From positions 228,144 to 292,143 of the forward strand of contig CAVRAO010000002.1 in NCBI GenBank assembly GCA_963719035.1: a stretch of DNA of 64,000 nucleotides, written 5' to 3'. Positions within the stretch are counted from its first letter, which is position 1; the number at the start of each line of letters is the position of its first letter. The stretch is from Methanobacteriota archaeon (GTDB taxonomy: Archaea > Halobacteriota > Bog-38 > Methanoflorentales > Methanoflorentaceae). A program made the position numbers and the translations under genes. Positions 9,586-21,635 of the stretch are shown here, one piece after another. The notes beneath the pieces were generated by a model. The model saw only the letters and a program-made list of their open reading frames with translations. It did not search any database and had not been told where the DNA came from.

Positions 9586-10608
9586 ATGACCGTAGCTGAA
9601 AATGTGCACCGCCCAGCTTGGAAAGATGAGGAGATCAGTCGTATTAAAACCGACGTCAAAACGCACGATGTAGTCGCCGTAGTCAGTATCCAAGGTATTC
9701 CCGCACGCCAATTTCAGAATATGCGGGCAGAACTCAAGGACGTCGCTAAGATACAAGTGGCCCGTAATACCCTCATTCACCGCGCATTAGAGCAATCTGG
9801 CGAGTCGACGCTAAAGTTGTTTGAGAATGTCGAAGGACAAACAGCACTTGTCTTCACCAATCTCAATCCGTTCAAGCTTTTTAAGCTGATTGAGAGCAGC
9901 AAAACTCCTGCACCAGCGAAAGCGGGCGAGAAAGCGCCCCGAGACATAATCGTCGAAAAAGGACCTACATCTTTCAGACCCGGACCGATAGTTGGCGACC
10001 TCCAAAACGCTGGAATACCCGCCGCCATCGAGAAAGGCAAAATTGTAATACGTGAGACAAAAACGGTCGCGAAAACGGGTGAGCCGATCAGTGCACGGCT
10101 CGCCGACGTGCTTCAGCGCCTTGAGATCTATCCTATGGAAGTCGGTTTGTACCTTCGGGCGGCATACGACGGTGACGTTATCTATACTTCTGAAGATCTA
10201 AAAATCGACGAACAAGCCTACTTTAACCAGTTTGTATCCGCCGTCTCAAGCGCGCTTAATCTTTCAATTAATATAGGATATCCAACCTCACTAACCGTTG
10301 AAACGTTGCTTCAGAAAGGCACTTTTGAAGGAATGGCCCTCGCTTTGAAAGCTGAGATCTTTGAGCCAGAAGTGCTGAAAATTCTGCTCTTGCGGGCACA
10401 TAAGGTAGCAATGTTGCTTGTTAATGAACTTCCAAACGACGCGTTAGATGATGATTTAATCGCGTTAAAAGATGCCACTATGGCTCTGACTCAATCGGCT
10501 AAGGCTGAGCAGGCGGTGGAAGAGAAACAAACACAAGAGGACGAAGAGGCAAGCGAAACGAAGGATGCTGAATCGGGAATGGCCGGTTTAGGCGCGTTAT
10601 TTGAATAA
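9586..10608 (+). CDS. rpl10: 50S ribosomal stalk protein L10 (P0)
   Basis: 340 aa with an acidic C-terminus ending GLGALFE. Its start overlaps the L1 stop (TAAATG). Confidence 0.9.
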   Translation: MTVAENVHRPAWKDEEISRIKTDVKTHDVVAVVSIQGIPARQFQNMRAELKDVAKIQVARNTLIHRALEQSGESTLKLFENVEGQTALVFTNLNPFKLFKLIESSKTPAPAKAGEKAPRDIIVEKGPTSFRPGPIVGDLQNAGIPAAIEKGKIVIRETKTVAKTGEPISARLADVLQRLEIYPMEVGLYLRAAYDGDVIYTSEDLKIDEQAYFNQFVSAVSSALNLSINIGYPTSLTVETLLQKGTFEGMALALKAEIFEPEVLKILLLRAHKVAMLLVNELPNDALDDDLIALKDATMALTQSAKAEQAVEEKQTQEDEEASETKDAESGMAGLGALFE

Positions 10609-10643
10609 TTTGAAGATCACAACATAGTAAAGGTGATAGCGAA

Positions 10644-10964
10644 ATGGAATACGTATATGCAGCACTAGTTTTGAACGCAACAGGCAAAGAGGTAACTGAG
10701 GAGGGCGTTACGAACGTTCTCAGCGCAGCAGGCGCAACAGTGAATGAAGCGAGAGCCAAAGCACTTGTAGCAGCGCTCGAAGGCATTAATATTGACGAGG
10801 CCATATCTAAAGCGGCATTTACCGGGGCGCCCGCAGTAGCTGCACCGGCTGCTTCCGTACAAAAAGAAGAGACTGAAGAAGCGAAAGTCGAAGAAGATAA
10901 AGAGAAGGAGAAAGAGGAGGAAGAAGAAACAGGGATGGAAGGGCTAGGTGCCCTATTTGGGTAG
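10644..10964 (+). CDS. rpl12: 50S ribosomal stalk protein L12 (P1)
   Basis: Ala-rich with a Glu/Lys hinge and a C-terminal GLGALFG. Confidence 0.9.
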   Translation: MEYVYAALVLNATGKEVTEEGVTNVLSAAGATVNEARAKALVAALEGINIDEAISKAAFTGAPAVAAPAASVQKEETEEAKVEEDKEKEKEEEEETGMEGLGALFG

Positions 10965-11153
10965 TCCTCCCCCGGAGACTAATCTTCCCGACATCCTATC
11001 TTTGGCGCTTTATTGATCCAAAACTTCGGCAGACATTTTCCGCGCGATCTTTCTGTCAGCCCAAAAGCAAGTCTACCGGGAGAGCTGTGCTATTAGGTTT
11101 AGCTAATGTAGCAAGAACGCCTTTATGCTATCATAACCTGCTGACGTTAACGA

Positions 11154-11859
11154 TTATCGCACGCCCAGCCTAGACGCTAAATCCAAACAATTCTTAGGCC
11201 CATATACATCATGGTTCCAGTAGCCGAAAACGTCTGCTTCGTTTGAAATCTCTCGGATTCGACGCACCCAGAAGTCTAGTTCTTCTGACGAGTAAACGTC
11301 CAGATCTCCACCTCGCGCGCGCCATCTGATGTAAGTAAAATTCTTAAAACAGTCGATGTTGTTGCCAAATTGTGCACCGAGTATTGCCAAAGAGAGGTTG
11401 CTTTGCCCTCTAAAACGGTCAAAAACATCGTCGCTAAACCACGAATCGTGACGAAATTCAAAAGCAAAACGATGGTCAGGTAAGAGTGAAAGAAACTCGT
11501 CTAGACGGTCTAAATCTTTTTTAAAGCTCGAGGCGAGCCCTACGAGAAACGGGCCCAGCTTGTGTCCCAATACCCCACAGATCTCAAAGAAGTCACTGAG
11601 AGCTCGGCGTGAGTCGTGCAGCCTCTTGGTGTGTGTGATATGCTTGTTCATCTTTACAGAAAACACAAAATCGTCAGGAGTAGAGTTGTACCAGTTTTTT
11701 TAGCTGACCTTCCTTCGGAAATTGATAAAACGTCGAATTAACTTCAACTGAGTGGAAAAATCGCGCGTATTGCTCCAGGTAAAGACGACGCGAGTTATAG
11801 AGGACGCCCAGCCAATGATCGTAATGCCACCCGCTGCAACCCAGATAGATGCTTGCCGT
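11154..11859 (-). CDS. DUF72 family protein with an anomalous start
   Basis: The reading frame is open from IYLGCSGWHYDHW...STFYQFP (a DUF72 N-terminal signature) to the stop at 11154. The expected start position carries ACG, directly preceded by TAA. The track ORF 11154..11666 is only the C-terminal part, starting at a GTG. Confidence 0.55.
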
Positions 11860-11963
11860 TTACTCACCCTACCCTATCGAGGCTCGACTACAAAGCAGTT
11901 CTATTGGATGAATAAAAAGCATTGCCAAGGTTTAATTAATCAAGAAGCCATAGGAGACCTGAG

Positions 11964-14102
11964 ATGGTATTGACAGAGGCAGACGCTCGTATAATCACCG
12001 AAGCACTTGGTCGCCAGCTGAATGAAGTCGAAGCTGCGATATTCGAGAATCTCTGGTCCGAGCACTGTGCCTATAGAACAAGCAAACCACTCTTACAAAC
12101 AATGCCCACCCAAGGGGAGTTTGTTGTTGTGGGTCCTGGTGACGATGCCGCTATCATTAAGTTGAGCGACGGACTTGCTCTTGCGATAGCGATGGAAAGT
12201 CACAATCATCCTTCGTACGTTGATCCATATGATGGGGCTGCCACCGGTGTGGGCGGAATCGTTCGCGATGTAATTTCGATGGGAGCTCAGCCAATAGCCC
12301 TCATGGATTGTCTCTATTTTGGAAGTTTGGAGAAGGAGAAAAATCGGTACCTATTTGAGCACGTCATTCAAGCAATTAGCGACTACGGCAACTGTATAGG
12401 GGTGCCTGTTGTTAACGGAGAAGTCTTCTTTCATCCGAGCTATGATGGAAATCCACTCGTTAACGTTGTTTGCGTCGGCCTTTGCCAACTTGATAAATAT
12501 GTTACTGGCCGCGTAAAAAAGCCTGGCAGTAAAATCATTCTTATCGGGTCAACTACAGGCCGGGACGGCTTGGGTGGCGCATCGTTTGCTTCGCGCGATC
12601 TCAGTGAAGAATCTGAAGCTTCTGATAGGCCGTCTGTCCAAATTGGCGACCCTTACACCGAAAAACTGCTCATCGATGCGACGCTTGAAGCAGTCAACCA
12701 AGGTTACGTTCTAGCGTGTCGCGATCTCGGCGCTGCTGGTTTGTCAGGTGCTTCCGCAGAGATGTGTTCTACATTTGGCGGGCGGATAACGCTAGACGCC
12801 ATTCCTTTACGAGAGACCGGAATGACTCCTCGAGAGATATTAGTTTCAGAGTCACAAGAACGCATGGTTTTCGAGGTTTCGCCTGAACACGTTGTCGATG
12901 TGCTTGCCATTGCCAGCAAGTACGATTTGAACGGCGCCGTCATTGGCGAAGTGATCGAAGAACCCAGCTATGTCGTTGAGTTCGGTGGGAGTATAGTAGC
13001 GCATATACCGATAAAACTGCTAACTGAAGGGGCGCCACTTTGCACACCAAAGTGCCCAGAGGTATTGCCGCATACTAAAAAGCCTGCGGTTCATGGAGTG
13101 ACGCTTCAAGAAAAGGCACTGAGCGTACTAACCTCGCCAAACGTTGCTTTAAAAGAGTGGGTTTACAGCCAATACGATCACGAGGTTCAAACGCGAACCG
13201 TTGTCAAACCAGGCGCAGGGGCGGCAGTTATCTCGATCGACGCTTCTCGAGGTATTGTGCTATCTTCTGGCTGTAACGCTACACAAGTGGCAGTAGATCC
13301 ATTTAACGGAGCCGCTGCTACTGTTTTAGAAAATGCAATGAATTTAGCGGTCAAAGGTGCAATGCCCGTTGCGCTCGTCAATTGTCTTAACTTCGGTAAC
13401 CCTGAAAAGGGAGAGATTTTTTTCCAACTTGAACAAGCTGTAAACGGACTCTCTTACGCAGCACACATTATCGAGACGCCCATCGTTGGGGGAAATGTTT
13501 CGCTCTATAATGAAAGCGAAGAGTTCCACACCGCTATAATCCCTACACCGTCAATCGGGATGGTAGGAATTCTCAAAAACGTCTCTAAGGTTCCCTCAGC
13601 TTTTTTCAACCGCGAAGGCGACACCATAGTAATGGTAGGCGAAACGTATCCCGAATATGGGGGATCAGAGTTCGCGGAACTCTTTGGATTAGATGGCTTC
13701 GTTCCAAAGCCACGTGCAGATATCAAGAAAAACATCGAAGCGCTAGTGGAAACTATAGAAACCGGGAAGATCTCAGCTGCTAACGATATTGGACGCGGGG
13801 GTATCTTAAGCACCCTTGCACATATGTGCACACTTTTTGGCGCTAGAGTTGACCTTTCTCACGTTCTAGCAGAAGAGAACGAGTTATTTTCCGAGACGTC
13901 TGGAAGAGCGATCGTGTCTGTCAATAGCAAAGACCTCACCTCTATTCTAAACTTGTTTAAAGAGCGAGATGTTCCGTTTGCTTCTATTGGAACTGTCGGC
14001 AACGATAGCCTCTCTATAGTAATTGGTGATAACACGCTAACGCTCCCGTTAGCAATTATCAAGCGGAGTCTAAATTCTCTCAATGATAGCATGATAGGTT
14101 AA
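11964..14102 (+). CDS. purL: Phosphoribosylformylglycinamidine synthase II
   Basis: 712 aa with the AIR-synthase-related duplicated domain architecture. Confidence 0.85.
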   Translation: MVLTEADARIITEALGRQLNEVEAAIFENLWSEHCAYRTSKPLLQTMPTQGEFVVVGPGDDAAIIKLSDGLALAIAMESHNHPSYVDPYDGAATGVGGIVRDVISMGAQPIALMDCLYFGSLEKEKNRYLFEHVIQAISDYGNCIGVPVVNGEVFFHPSYDGNPLVNVVCVGLCQLDKYVTGRVKKPGSKIILIGSTTGRDGLGGASFASRDLSEESEASDRPSVQIGDPYTEKLLIDATLEAVNQGYVLACRDLGAAGLSGASAEMCSTFGGRITLDAIPLRETGMTPREILVSESQERMVFEVSPEHVVDVLAIASKYDLNGAVIGEVIEEPSYVVEFGGSIVAHIPIKLLTEGAPLCTPKCPEVLPHTKKPAVHGVTLQEKALSVLTSPNVALKEWVYSQYDHEVQTRTVVKPGAGAAVISIDASRGIVLSSGCNATQVAVDPFNGAAATVLENAMNLAVKGAMPVALVNCLNFGNPEKGEIFFQLEQAVNGLSYAAHIIETPIVGGNVSLYNESEEFHTAIIPTPSIGMVGILKNVSKVPSAFFNREGDTIVMVGETYPEYGGSEFAELFGLDGFVPKPRADIKKNIEALVETIETGKISAANDIGRGGILSTLAHMCTLFGARVDLSHVLAEENELFSETSGRAIVSVNSKDLTSILNLFKERDVPFASIGTVGNDSLSIVIGDNTLTLPLAIIKRSLNSLNDSMIG

Positions 14103-14137
14103 AGAGATCTTGCACGCGTGGCGCAACTACATCCACC

Positions 14138-15142
14138 ATGTTGAGCGTTAACTTGATTTATGGAACGTACGGCGAGAGCGGCATTCTCACTAGCATTGAA
14201 AATACGAAACGGATGTTAAAGCTTCTAGAGCCAGACGGCGTGCGCTTCTATACAAACGCATTCAAAATTTGCGACTTATTGCACGCGCACACGTTCGGAC
14301 CGATCGCTGTTTTGTTAGTACTCTTTCACAAAGCATTGCACAAAACAGTGATATTGCACGCGCACACGACGCCACAAGATGTGACGAACAGTTATTTTGC
14401 GGCAAATTTAATCAGCGTCTGTTTAAAAGGTTATCTACACCTCTATTACAATCTAGCAGATGTCTGTATTGTTCCTTCCGCACACACTAAGGACGTACTT
14501 ATAAAAACGCTCAAAATTAAGCGGAGAATTGAAGTTATCAGTAATGGCATTGATTCGAGCCTATACGTGTGCAATGGGAAGTTGTCTTCAGAATTTAAAG
14601 CGGATTACGATTTGGACGACCGACCAGTGGTGCTCTCATTAGGATTAGTTTTTTTGCGGAAAGGCATCGTTGATTTTGTCACCGTCGCGAAGCGATTACC
14701 GCATTTTCAGTTTGTGTGGGTAGGGAGAATCGTGACATGGCCGTTCTTTCCCCGAGCTGCTAGAAAAGTGATCACAACGGCTTCTAAAAATGTACTGTTT
14801 ACCGGCAGAGTGAGCAGTATTTGTCAAGCTCTCAGTGCAGCTGAAGTCTTTGTTTTTCCCAGCTACGAGGAGAATCAAGGGATTGCTGTTCTTGAAGCAG
14901 CTGACTGCGGTTTACCTCTAATCTTGCGCGATCTACCAGTTTATAGCGACTTCGTCGACGGGCAAAATTGTGTCAAATTCACGACAATTGATGGATTTGA
15001 AAGCGCAATCAAAGAACTCATTAAACACAAGACAGTTGCAAAAGCGCTGGGAGAAAACGCACGAAAGACCGTTCAAATCCACGATGTCCGTGTGCTGAGT
15101 AAAAGGCTGCTCCAAGTCTATCAAACGGCGAAACGGGCTTAA
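14138..15142 (+). CDS. Glycosyltransferase family 4. The N-terminal domain looks short.
   Basis: C-terminal GT4 motif FPSYEENQGIAVLEAADCGLPLI. Confidence 0.6.
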   Translation: MLSVNLIYGTYGESGILTSIENTKRMLKLLEPDGVRFYTNAFKICDLLHAHTFGPIAVLLVLFHKALHKTVILHAHTTPQDVTNSYFAANLISVCLKGYLHLYYNLADVCIVPSAHTKDVLIKTLKIKRRIEVISNGIDSSLYVCNGKLSSEFKADYDLDDRPVVLSLGLVFLRKGIVDFVTVAKRLPHFQFVWVGRIVTWPFFPRAARKVITTASKNVLFTGRVSSICQALSAAEVFVFPSYEENQGIAVLEAADCGLPLILRDLPVYSDFVDGQNCVKFTTIDGFESAIKELIKHKTVAKALGENARKTVQIHDVRVLSKRLLQVYQTAKRA

Positions 15143-15236
15143 TGTTGCCTAGGTAAGCGACGTAGCTTTAAAAGGAAAGTTTTATAGACCAAATGTCCTC
15201 TACTACCTCTGTTTAAAAAAAGCTGAGGAATTCGAA

Positions 15237-16406
15237 TTGCACGTAGGTGAAGCTTTAATTGGCAACGATCCTGAAATGGCCCACGTCGACCTCCTTATAG
15301 GAGACAAGGATGGTCCGGTAGGGCAAGCATTTGCTAGTGGATTATCACACCTTTCTCAGGGGCACACCCCTCTTCTTGCTGTGATTAAGCCAAATTTGTT
15401 AACAAAGCCTGCAACTCTCATCGTGCCTAAGGTCACGCTGCAAGACAGAGAACAGATAGCGAAGGTGTTCGGCCCCGCTCAAGCTGCTGTTGCCAAAGCA
15501 GTCGCGGACTCTGTCGAAGACGGAGTTATCGCAAAGGAAATGTGCGAGCAATACGTACTTATCGTATCAGTCTTTGTTCATCCGGATGCGCAGGACTATG
15601 AAAAAATCTACCGTTATAACTACGGTGCTACGAAATTGGCGATAAAACGGGCATTAACCGACTTTCCTTCGGTGGAAAAAGTTCTCTACGAAAAAGACCG
15701 GTCGCTCCACCCGGTTATGGGATTCAAAGTCTCTCGTCTGTGGGATCCGCCATACCTGCAAGTAGCATTCGATTTGACTGAGTTAGACTTAGTATTGAAC
15801 GTTCTTGATCAACTGCCTATAAGCGATCATATAATTCTTGAAGCAGGAACGCCCCTTATCAAACGTTATGGGCTAGGAATCATCAGAGAAATGCGAAAAG
15901 CTCGATCGAGTGCCTTTATCGTAGCTGACCTTAAAACACTTGATACTGGGAACTTAGAAGCGCGATTGGCCGCGGATGAAGCTGCTGATGCCGTTGTGGT
16001 CTCTGGACTTGCGCCTACATCAACGATTGATAAGGCTATAGAAGAAGCAAACAAGACCGGTATCTATGTTATTATCGATATGTTAAATGTCGACAAGCCA
16101 GAAAGCGTACTCAAGGCGCTGAAGAGCAAACCCGATATCGTAGAACTCCACCGAGCGATCGACGCCGAGGATACGGCGCACGCGTGGGGCAACATCGCTA
16201 CCATAAAGAAATACGCAAAATTAGTCGCTGTAGCAGGAGGGATACGACAAGACAACGTAGAAGATGCTCTGAAGTCGGGAGCGGACATTTTGGTAGTAGG
16301 ACGTGCCATTACAGCAGCACGAGATGTAGAAGGTTCTGCACGGGTGTTTCTAGAAGGATTAAAGCAGAGCGATATCGATCAATACCGGGTTAAAACTGAC
16401 TTTTAG
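15237..16406 (+). CDS. fae-hps: Bifunctional formaldehyde-activating enzyme / 3-hexulose-6-phosphate synthase (Fae-Hps)
   Basis: N-terminal Fae signature ([20 protein letters not shown]) fused to an OMP-decarboxylase-fold Hps domain, 389 aa. Confidence 0.8.
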   Translation: MHVGEALIGNDPEMAHVDLLIGDKDGPVGQAFASGLSHLSQGHTPLLAVIKPNLLTKPATLIVPKVTLQDREQIAKVFGPAQAAVAKAVADSVEDGVIAKEMCEQYVLIVSVFVHPDAQDYEKIYRYNYGATKLAIKRALTDFPSVEKVLYEKDRSLHPVMGFKVSRLWDPPYLQVAFDLTELDLVLNVLDQLPISDHIILEAGTPLIKRYGLGIIREMRKARSSAFIVADLKTLDTGNLEARLAADEAADAVVVSGLAPTSTIDKAIEEANKTGIYVIIDMLNVDKPESVLKALKSKPDIVELHRAIDAEDTAHAWGNIATIKKYAKLVAVAGGIRQDNVEDALKSGADILVVGRAITAARDVEGSARVFLEGLKQSDIDQYRVKTDF

Positions 16407-16576
16407 GTCAAGTTTGCGGTGTCCGTCACAACGGTTTCGCCCTATTTCAAAAATGCGGTTCTTTTGCTCACGCGTATGTGGTCGATACGTGTCAAATTAT
16501 ACGTCTAGTAACTTTATACGACGCGAACACATTTCGTGAGCGGCTTTCTACGAAACTAAAGCTCGAGGGCTGGTAA

Positions 16577-17251
<675 letters not shown>

Positions 17252-17292
17252 CAAGAAGTCAAAAAAAAGCTGGTGACCCGTGGAAAGACCTG

Positions 17293-17940
17293 ATGAGACC
17301 ATCAAGTGAAAGTCGTAACGCTCCGACGCGGGAAAAAGCGAACTTAATTCGCCTGCTTCTAAAGACGCCTACACCCATAATCGCTGATGCCATGGACGGC
17401 CGTAACACGTTGAGTTGTCTACGACCTGTTTTGTCACGTACTGCAATAATAGGGCCCGTGGTAACCGTCAAAACGGACCCGACGGACTGGGGCACTGTAG
17501 TGCGTGCGGTAGAGGCAGCGTCGCCGCGTGACGTGCTATTTATTGACAGTTCAGGGTCAAACGTAGCAGTTTGGGGGGGACTGACGTCGCGGGCAGCGCA
17601 ACAGCGTGGAATCGTCGGAACAATCGTTTATGGAAGCTGTCGTGATATTCCAACTATAGAAGCCCTTCAATACCCAGTATGGATGAAAGGGATCACTGCA
17701 CGTGCTGGAAGACCGTTAAACAGGGGGAAGGTTAACGTTCCGATATACATCGGCGGACTGGTAGTGAAACCGCGTGATCTAGCGAAAGCTGACGTTCACG
17801 GAGTCGTTATCATTCCGTCAAATGAGGTAGCGTCAGTCGCCAAAAGGATTAAAGAGATAGCAGCCAAGGAACGCTTTGTAGAGCGAGGAATCAAAGAGGG
17901 GCAGCTCTTAAGCCAATTACTGTCTGATTTTCCATCCTGA
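17293..17940 (+). CDS. RraA-like protein (4-hydroxy-4-methyl-2-oxoglutarate aldolase / demethylmenaquinone methyltransferase-like family)
   Basis: RraA fold motifs such as GGLTSRAAQQRGIVGTIVYGSCRD. Confidence 0.65.
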   Translation: MRPSSESRNAPTREKANLIRLLLKTPTPIIADAMDGRNTLSCLRPVLSRTAIIGPVVTVKTDPTDWGTVVRAVEAASPRDVLFIDSSGSNVAVWGGLTSRAAQQRGIVGTIVYGSCRDIPTIEALQYPVWMKGITARAGRPLNRGKVNVPIYIGGLVVKPRDLAKADVHGVVIIPSNEVASVAKRIKEIAAKERFVERGIKEGQLLSQLLSDFPS

Positions 17941-17974
17941 TACCATATATATCATTAGCCCCTAAAAAAAAGCA

Positions 17975-18544
17975 ATGGTCACAAGTGAGCTCGCAGGCGT
18001 TTTCTTGCACAAAATGCCAACGTCACTGCTGCTTACTATACGGACCTACGATCGAACTTATGTTTCAGTGTTAGCTAAGGAGTGCAACTGCACATACCCC
18101 CACGCGGTAAAAACTCTTTGGGGCATGGAAAGGCTCGGGTTGGTCCAATCAGAGAAAGTCGGTAGAGTGAAATATGTCCAGCTGACAGATCACGGCAAGG
18201 TTGTTGCTGACTCACTTAGTGCCCTTGTGCACAGCTTAGGCGTTAATGATGCACCGCTAAGAGATGATGTGGCATACGTCAATCAAAAGATAAATAACGT
18301 TATTCGCAAAATTGAAACGATTCAAAACGAGCTCGAGGCCAAAAATTACCTTAGCCGGGAAGAGGGCATACGCTTCAACAGGCGACTTGGACCTTATTAT
18401 CGTGAACTCAATGCGATCCGCCTTCTTTTAGAAACACAGCCTAACAGCCCGCTCCGTTCTAAAGTCGATGCGCTAACAAAGATGGTTCACAAAGTAAAAA
18501 AAGAGATAGCTACGAGACAAGCATCACAACCTGCAGCTACCTGA
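17975..18544 (+). CDS. Winged-helix DNA-binding protein with a C-terminal coiled coil
   Basis: A wHTH-like N-terminus with a helical Lys/Glu-rich C-terminus. Confidence 0.4.
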   Translation: MVTSELAGVFLHKMPTSLLLTIRTYDRTYVSVLAKECNCTYPHAVKTLWGMERLGLVQSEKVGRVKYVQLTDHGKVVADSLSALVHSLGVNDAPLRDDVAYVNQKINNVIRKIETIQNELEAKNYLSREEGIRFNRRLGPYYRELNAIRLLLETQPNSPLRSKVDALTKMVHKVKKEIATRQASQPAAT

Positions 18545-19499
18545 TGGGATAAAAGTCTTTGACGCGTGTGGTATCGTCTAGAAACGGCGTTGAGGCTTCA
18601 TATAGAACAGTGTCAGTACTTGCGACAATCGTATGTCTTTCGTAAGGTTTTATGTGAACCGTGTCTCCGGTCTCGAAATACTCTTTTCGATCGTCAAATT
18701 CAATATAACCAGTCCCTTGCATAATGAGCATGGTCTCGTCTTTGTTCTTGTGAAAGTGATAAGACGATTGATATCCTTCGCGAATATATAGCTCTTTTAG
18801 CAAATAAAGCTCAGTAATTATCTGAACTTTCTCATATCCCCAAGGTTTAGCAGTTTTGTTGTGAAACTCTTTTTGAACCCGTTGTTTCCCATCTTCTGTG
18901 TAAAGAGTATCCCAAAAATTAAACTCTTCATATACGTCCAGCTCCCCAAGATCTGCAAGTAACGGTAAAGCGTCTTCTAATTCATCTCCAAGAGCATATT
19001 GCTCAAAGTCAAACGCTTTTCGTACGCAGAGAATTCCTCCGTAAACTGTTGAGGGCTCATCATCGAATAAAGCTCGAGACGCCCGTTCGAAAGAACTGCT
19101 CGACTCGGTTCGGGTAGTCGCGTAGACTATAACCGGCACTGCTGACTGGGTGAATTTTATTATCAGTTTTTTCAAGTTTATGTCCGTAACGACGCCGGAG
19201 TCTAAAACGATGACATCATCATCGATTTTAGCCAGTACCAACGTGATATCTTTGAACGTCCTAGGAGCGTGCTCGTAGCTGAGTTTAACGCCCTTGTACT
19301 CATCTCCTAATGTTTCCTGTAACTGTCGAGAAGAGACGGTCGTCAAAAGCACTGCCTCGCGTAGTCCAACCGTGGCAAGGTCAAGCAGTAGCTTGTCTAC
19401 TACCGTAAATCCGTCTGTCAAAACTGTAAGCGCATTTGAGGAACCGTCGTTTACGCTTTGCTTTTTTCCGTAGCCGTCACATAAGATTAGTGCTTTCAT
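18537..19499 (-). CDS. Sugar nucleotidyltransferase-like protein with a C-terminal cupin domain (ManC-like)
   Basis: C-terminal cupin (YHFHKNKDETMLIMQGTGYIEF) after a divergent NTP-transferase-like N-terminus. Confidence 0.5.
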   Translation of the reverse strand: MKALILCDGYGKKQSVNDGSSNALTVLTDGFTVVDKLLLDLATVGLREAVLLTTVSSRQLQETLGDEYKGVKLSYEHAPRTFKDITLVLAKIDDDVIVLDSGVVTDINLKKLIIKFTQSAVPVIVYATTRTESSSSFERASRALFDDEPSTVYGGILCVRKAFDFEQYALGDELEDALPLLADLGELDVYEEFNFWDTLYTEDGKQRVQKEFHNKTAKPWGYEKVQIITELYLLKELYIREGYQSSYHFHKNKDETMLIMQGTGYIEFDDRKEYFETGDTVHIKPYERHTIVASTDTVLYEASTPFLDDTTRVKDFYPIR

Positions 19500-19677
19500 T
19501 TACAACTCCAGAGAATTGTTGAACAATGAAGTATAAGGCTTTTTTTAGCTTTTGAGTGTGGTACGCACAACTCTCATTACGAGCTTACCGAAATATTATT
19601 AAGGGACTGCCGAAATACGAGTGTGAACACTCAAAAAGAGGGTCAGTGCAAATCTGTTTGCTGAGGAGCAACGTAAG

Positions 19678-20853
19678 ATGAACATCGTCATGGTAACAAG
19701 CTGGTCACCGCGGCATTGCGGCATAGCTACTTACAGCTCAGAGCTCGTTGGTGCGCTAAGGAAGAACGGGCATGACGTGAAAATTATTTGTCACACAGAC
19801 GAGGAATTTGGAGGACACCGCGAACAAGGGGTTTATCCGGTTATTGACACCAACGATCCTGGTTGGGACGAACGTATCTATAACACAATACAGCAGATCA
19901 AGCCTGATGTAGTCCATATTCAGCATGAGTATGGGCTCTATTTAACGCATGGAGACTACGGAGGTCGGATTCTTACACTGCTTTTTAGACTCAAGCTTGA
20001 GAAGATCCCTTCCGTTATGACTTACCATTCGATCTATACGTCGCTGGATCGCCCTGAAGCCATTTTTACCGATGTTAGTTTGCGCTTACTCGACTCTGCG
20101 ATTGTCCACGCCGAAGTTCAGAAGCTGTTTCTTCCGTACAACCTCGATTGGATCCCCCACAACGTTCACGTTATATCACACGGCGCTAAAGAAGTCGTGC
20201 CTGATCCAGTAGCAAAAGAACGTTTCGGGTTGGTTGGGAAGAAGGTAGCACTTTGTATAGGCTGGTTTGAACCTAACAAACGCTTCGAGGATGTCATTGA
20301 GATTTGGCCAGAAATCATGCAAGACGCGGGTAAGCAAGCAGTACTCGTGATTGCCGGCGACGCACGACCAGGCTCGGAAACCGGAATTAAGTACAAAGAG
20401 CAGCTGTTGCGCGCAATTGAAGAGTCCTCAGCGAAAGACTATATAAAAACGATAATCGGGGCATTTGATCCTGAAACGTATGACAGTATAATCTCAGCGT
20501 CAGACTTCGTCGTGCTTCCATACAAGCACGCGTCCCAGAGTGGGAACCTCGCGCACTCTTTTGCCCTTAACAAACCGGCCATTGTTTCGTCGCTTGAAGG
20601 TTTAAAGGCAGAAATTGAAGCAAGCGGTGCCGGAATAGCAGTCCCTGTCGACGATCTTGAGGAGTTAAGAAAAGCAATTACAATAATGCTTACTAGCGAT
20701 TTAATGCTCGAAACCTACAGCGAGCACGCGCGCGACTACGTGGCAAACCACATTATTTGGGCCAATGTAGCTCGGAAGCACACTCTCGTTTACGAGAATG
20801 CCATCGATCGCGTGACGTATGGCACCAAGATGCGTGTAAACCAGACTATTTGA
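19678..20853 (+). CDS. Glycosyltransferase family 4
   Basis: GT4 N- and C-terminal domains, 391 aa. Confidence 0.7.
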   Translation: MNIVMVTSWSPRHCGIATYSSELVGALRKNGHDVKIICHTDEEFGGHREQGVYPVIDTNDPGWDERIYNTIQQIKPDVVHIQHEYGLYLTHGDYGGRILTLLFRLKLEKIPSVMTYHSIYTSLDRPEAIFTDVSLRLLDSAIVHAEVQKLFLPYNLDWIPHNVHVISHGAKEVVPDPVAKERFGLVGKKVALCIGWFEPNKRFEDVIEIWPEIMQDAGKQAVLVIAGDARPGSETGIKYKEQLLRAIEESSAKDYIKTIIGAFDPETYDSIISASDFVVLPYKHASQSGNLAHSFALNKPAIVSSLEGLKAEIEASGAGIAVPVDDLEELRKAITIMLTSDLMLETYSEHARDYVANHIIWANVARKHTLVYENAIDRVTYGTKMRVNQTI

Positions 20854-20866
20854 ACGGTTCTTTTGG

Positions 20867-21634
20867 TTGCGCTTCGATAAGCGCTTCCTGATATTAATTG
20901 CAAGGAGCTCGAGAGATATGGTCAGTATACGCGAGTACATATCTGCCCCTGTCATTGATGTAGAGCCAGAAGCGACCGTAGCAGACACTTTAGCTCTTAT
21001 AGCAAAAACCGGTCACCAAGGGTTTCCCGTCGTCACCGATGGTAGAATCGTTGGTGTTGTTACTAGTGCCGACCTTATTCTCGCTAAGCCGCACCAAAAA
21101 ATCGCAAAACTCATGACGGCTAATCCAGTGACCGCAAAACTTGATGATGACATCGTGAGCGTCGCAGGAGTAATGGCGTATAACCATATCCATCATGTCC
21201 CTATCGTCGACGGTGAGCACGTAGTTGGTATCGTGACTGCAACGGACATGCTTCGTGCATGTATCGAGAATATCATTTCTGAGAACGTTGAGCGTATTTT
21301 CACGTTTTTTCAAACGCTTCACCCAAACGTCACTCTCAGACATATACGCGTTGCAGTCGCACCTTTGATCCCTACTCAAAAGCTCTTAGATCCAACAGAA
21401 CTTACGCTTCGCGAACAGCAGTTTACGCGAGGGGTAGTTTATCCCATCGTAGTCACTAAGAAAGGTCTCTTTTATCATATCATCGACGGACATCACCGCG
21501 CTTATCTAGCTTATAAACAAGGGATAGTTGAGATTCCAGCTTTTTTTATAGAGGGCGATCTCGGCATCGTTAAATCATCTAACAAGCTCGGCTTAAAAAC
21601 CTTGAACGATATGGTTTTACTGTCTGAAGAGTAA
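20867..21634 (+). CDS. Fusion of a CBS-domain pair to a ParB/sulfiredoxin-like domain
   Basis: Tandem CBS domains followed by a C-terminal motif IIDGHHRAYLA (ParB/Srx-type DGHHR). The start is probably Met 20918. Confidence 0.55.
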   Translation: MRFDKRFLILIARSSRDMVSIREYISAPVIDVEPEATVADTLALIAKTGHQGFPVVTDGRIVGVVTSADLILAKPHQKIAKLMTANPVTAKLDDDIVSVAGVMAYNHIHHVPIVDGEHVVGIVTATDMLRACIENIISENVERIFTFFQTLHPNVTLRHIRVAVAPLIPTQKLLDPTELTLREQQFTRGVVYPIVVTKKGLFYHIIDGHHRAYLAYKQGIVEIPAFFIEGDLGIVKSSNKLGLKTLNDMVLLSEE

Positions 21635-21635
21635 G

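Noticed and set aside
11752-11973. 73-aa plus-strand ORF upstream of purL
   Set aside because: It lies antisense within the extended DUF72 reading frame, which carries the conserved N-terminal motif.
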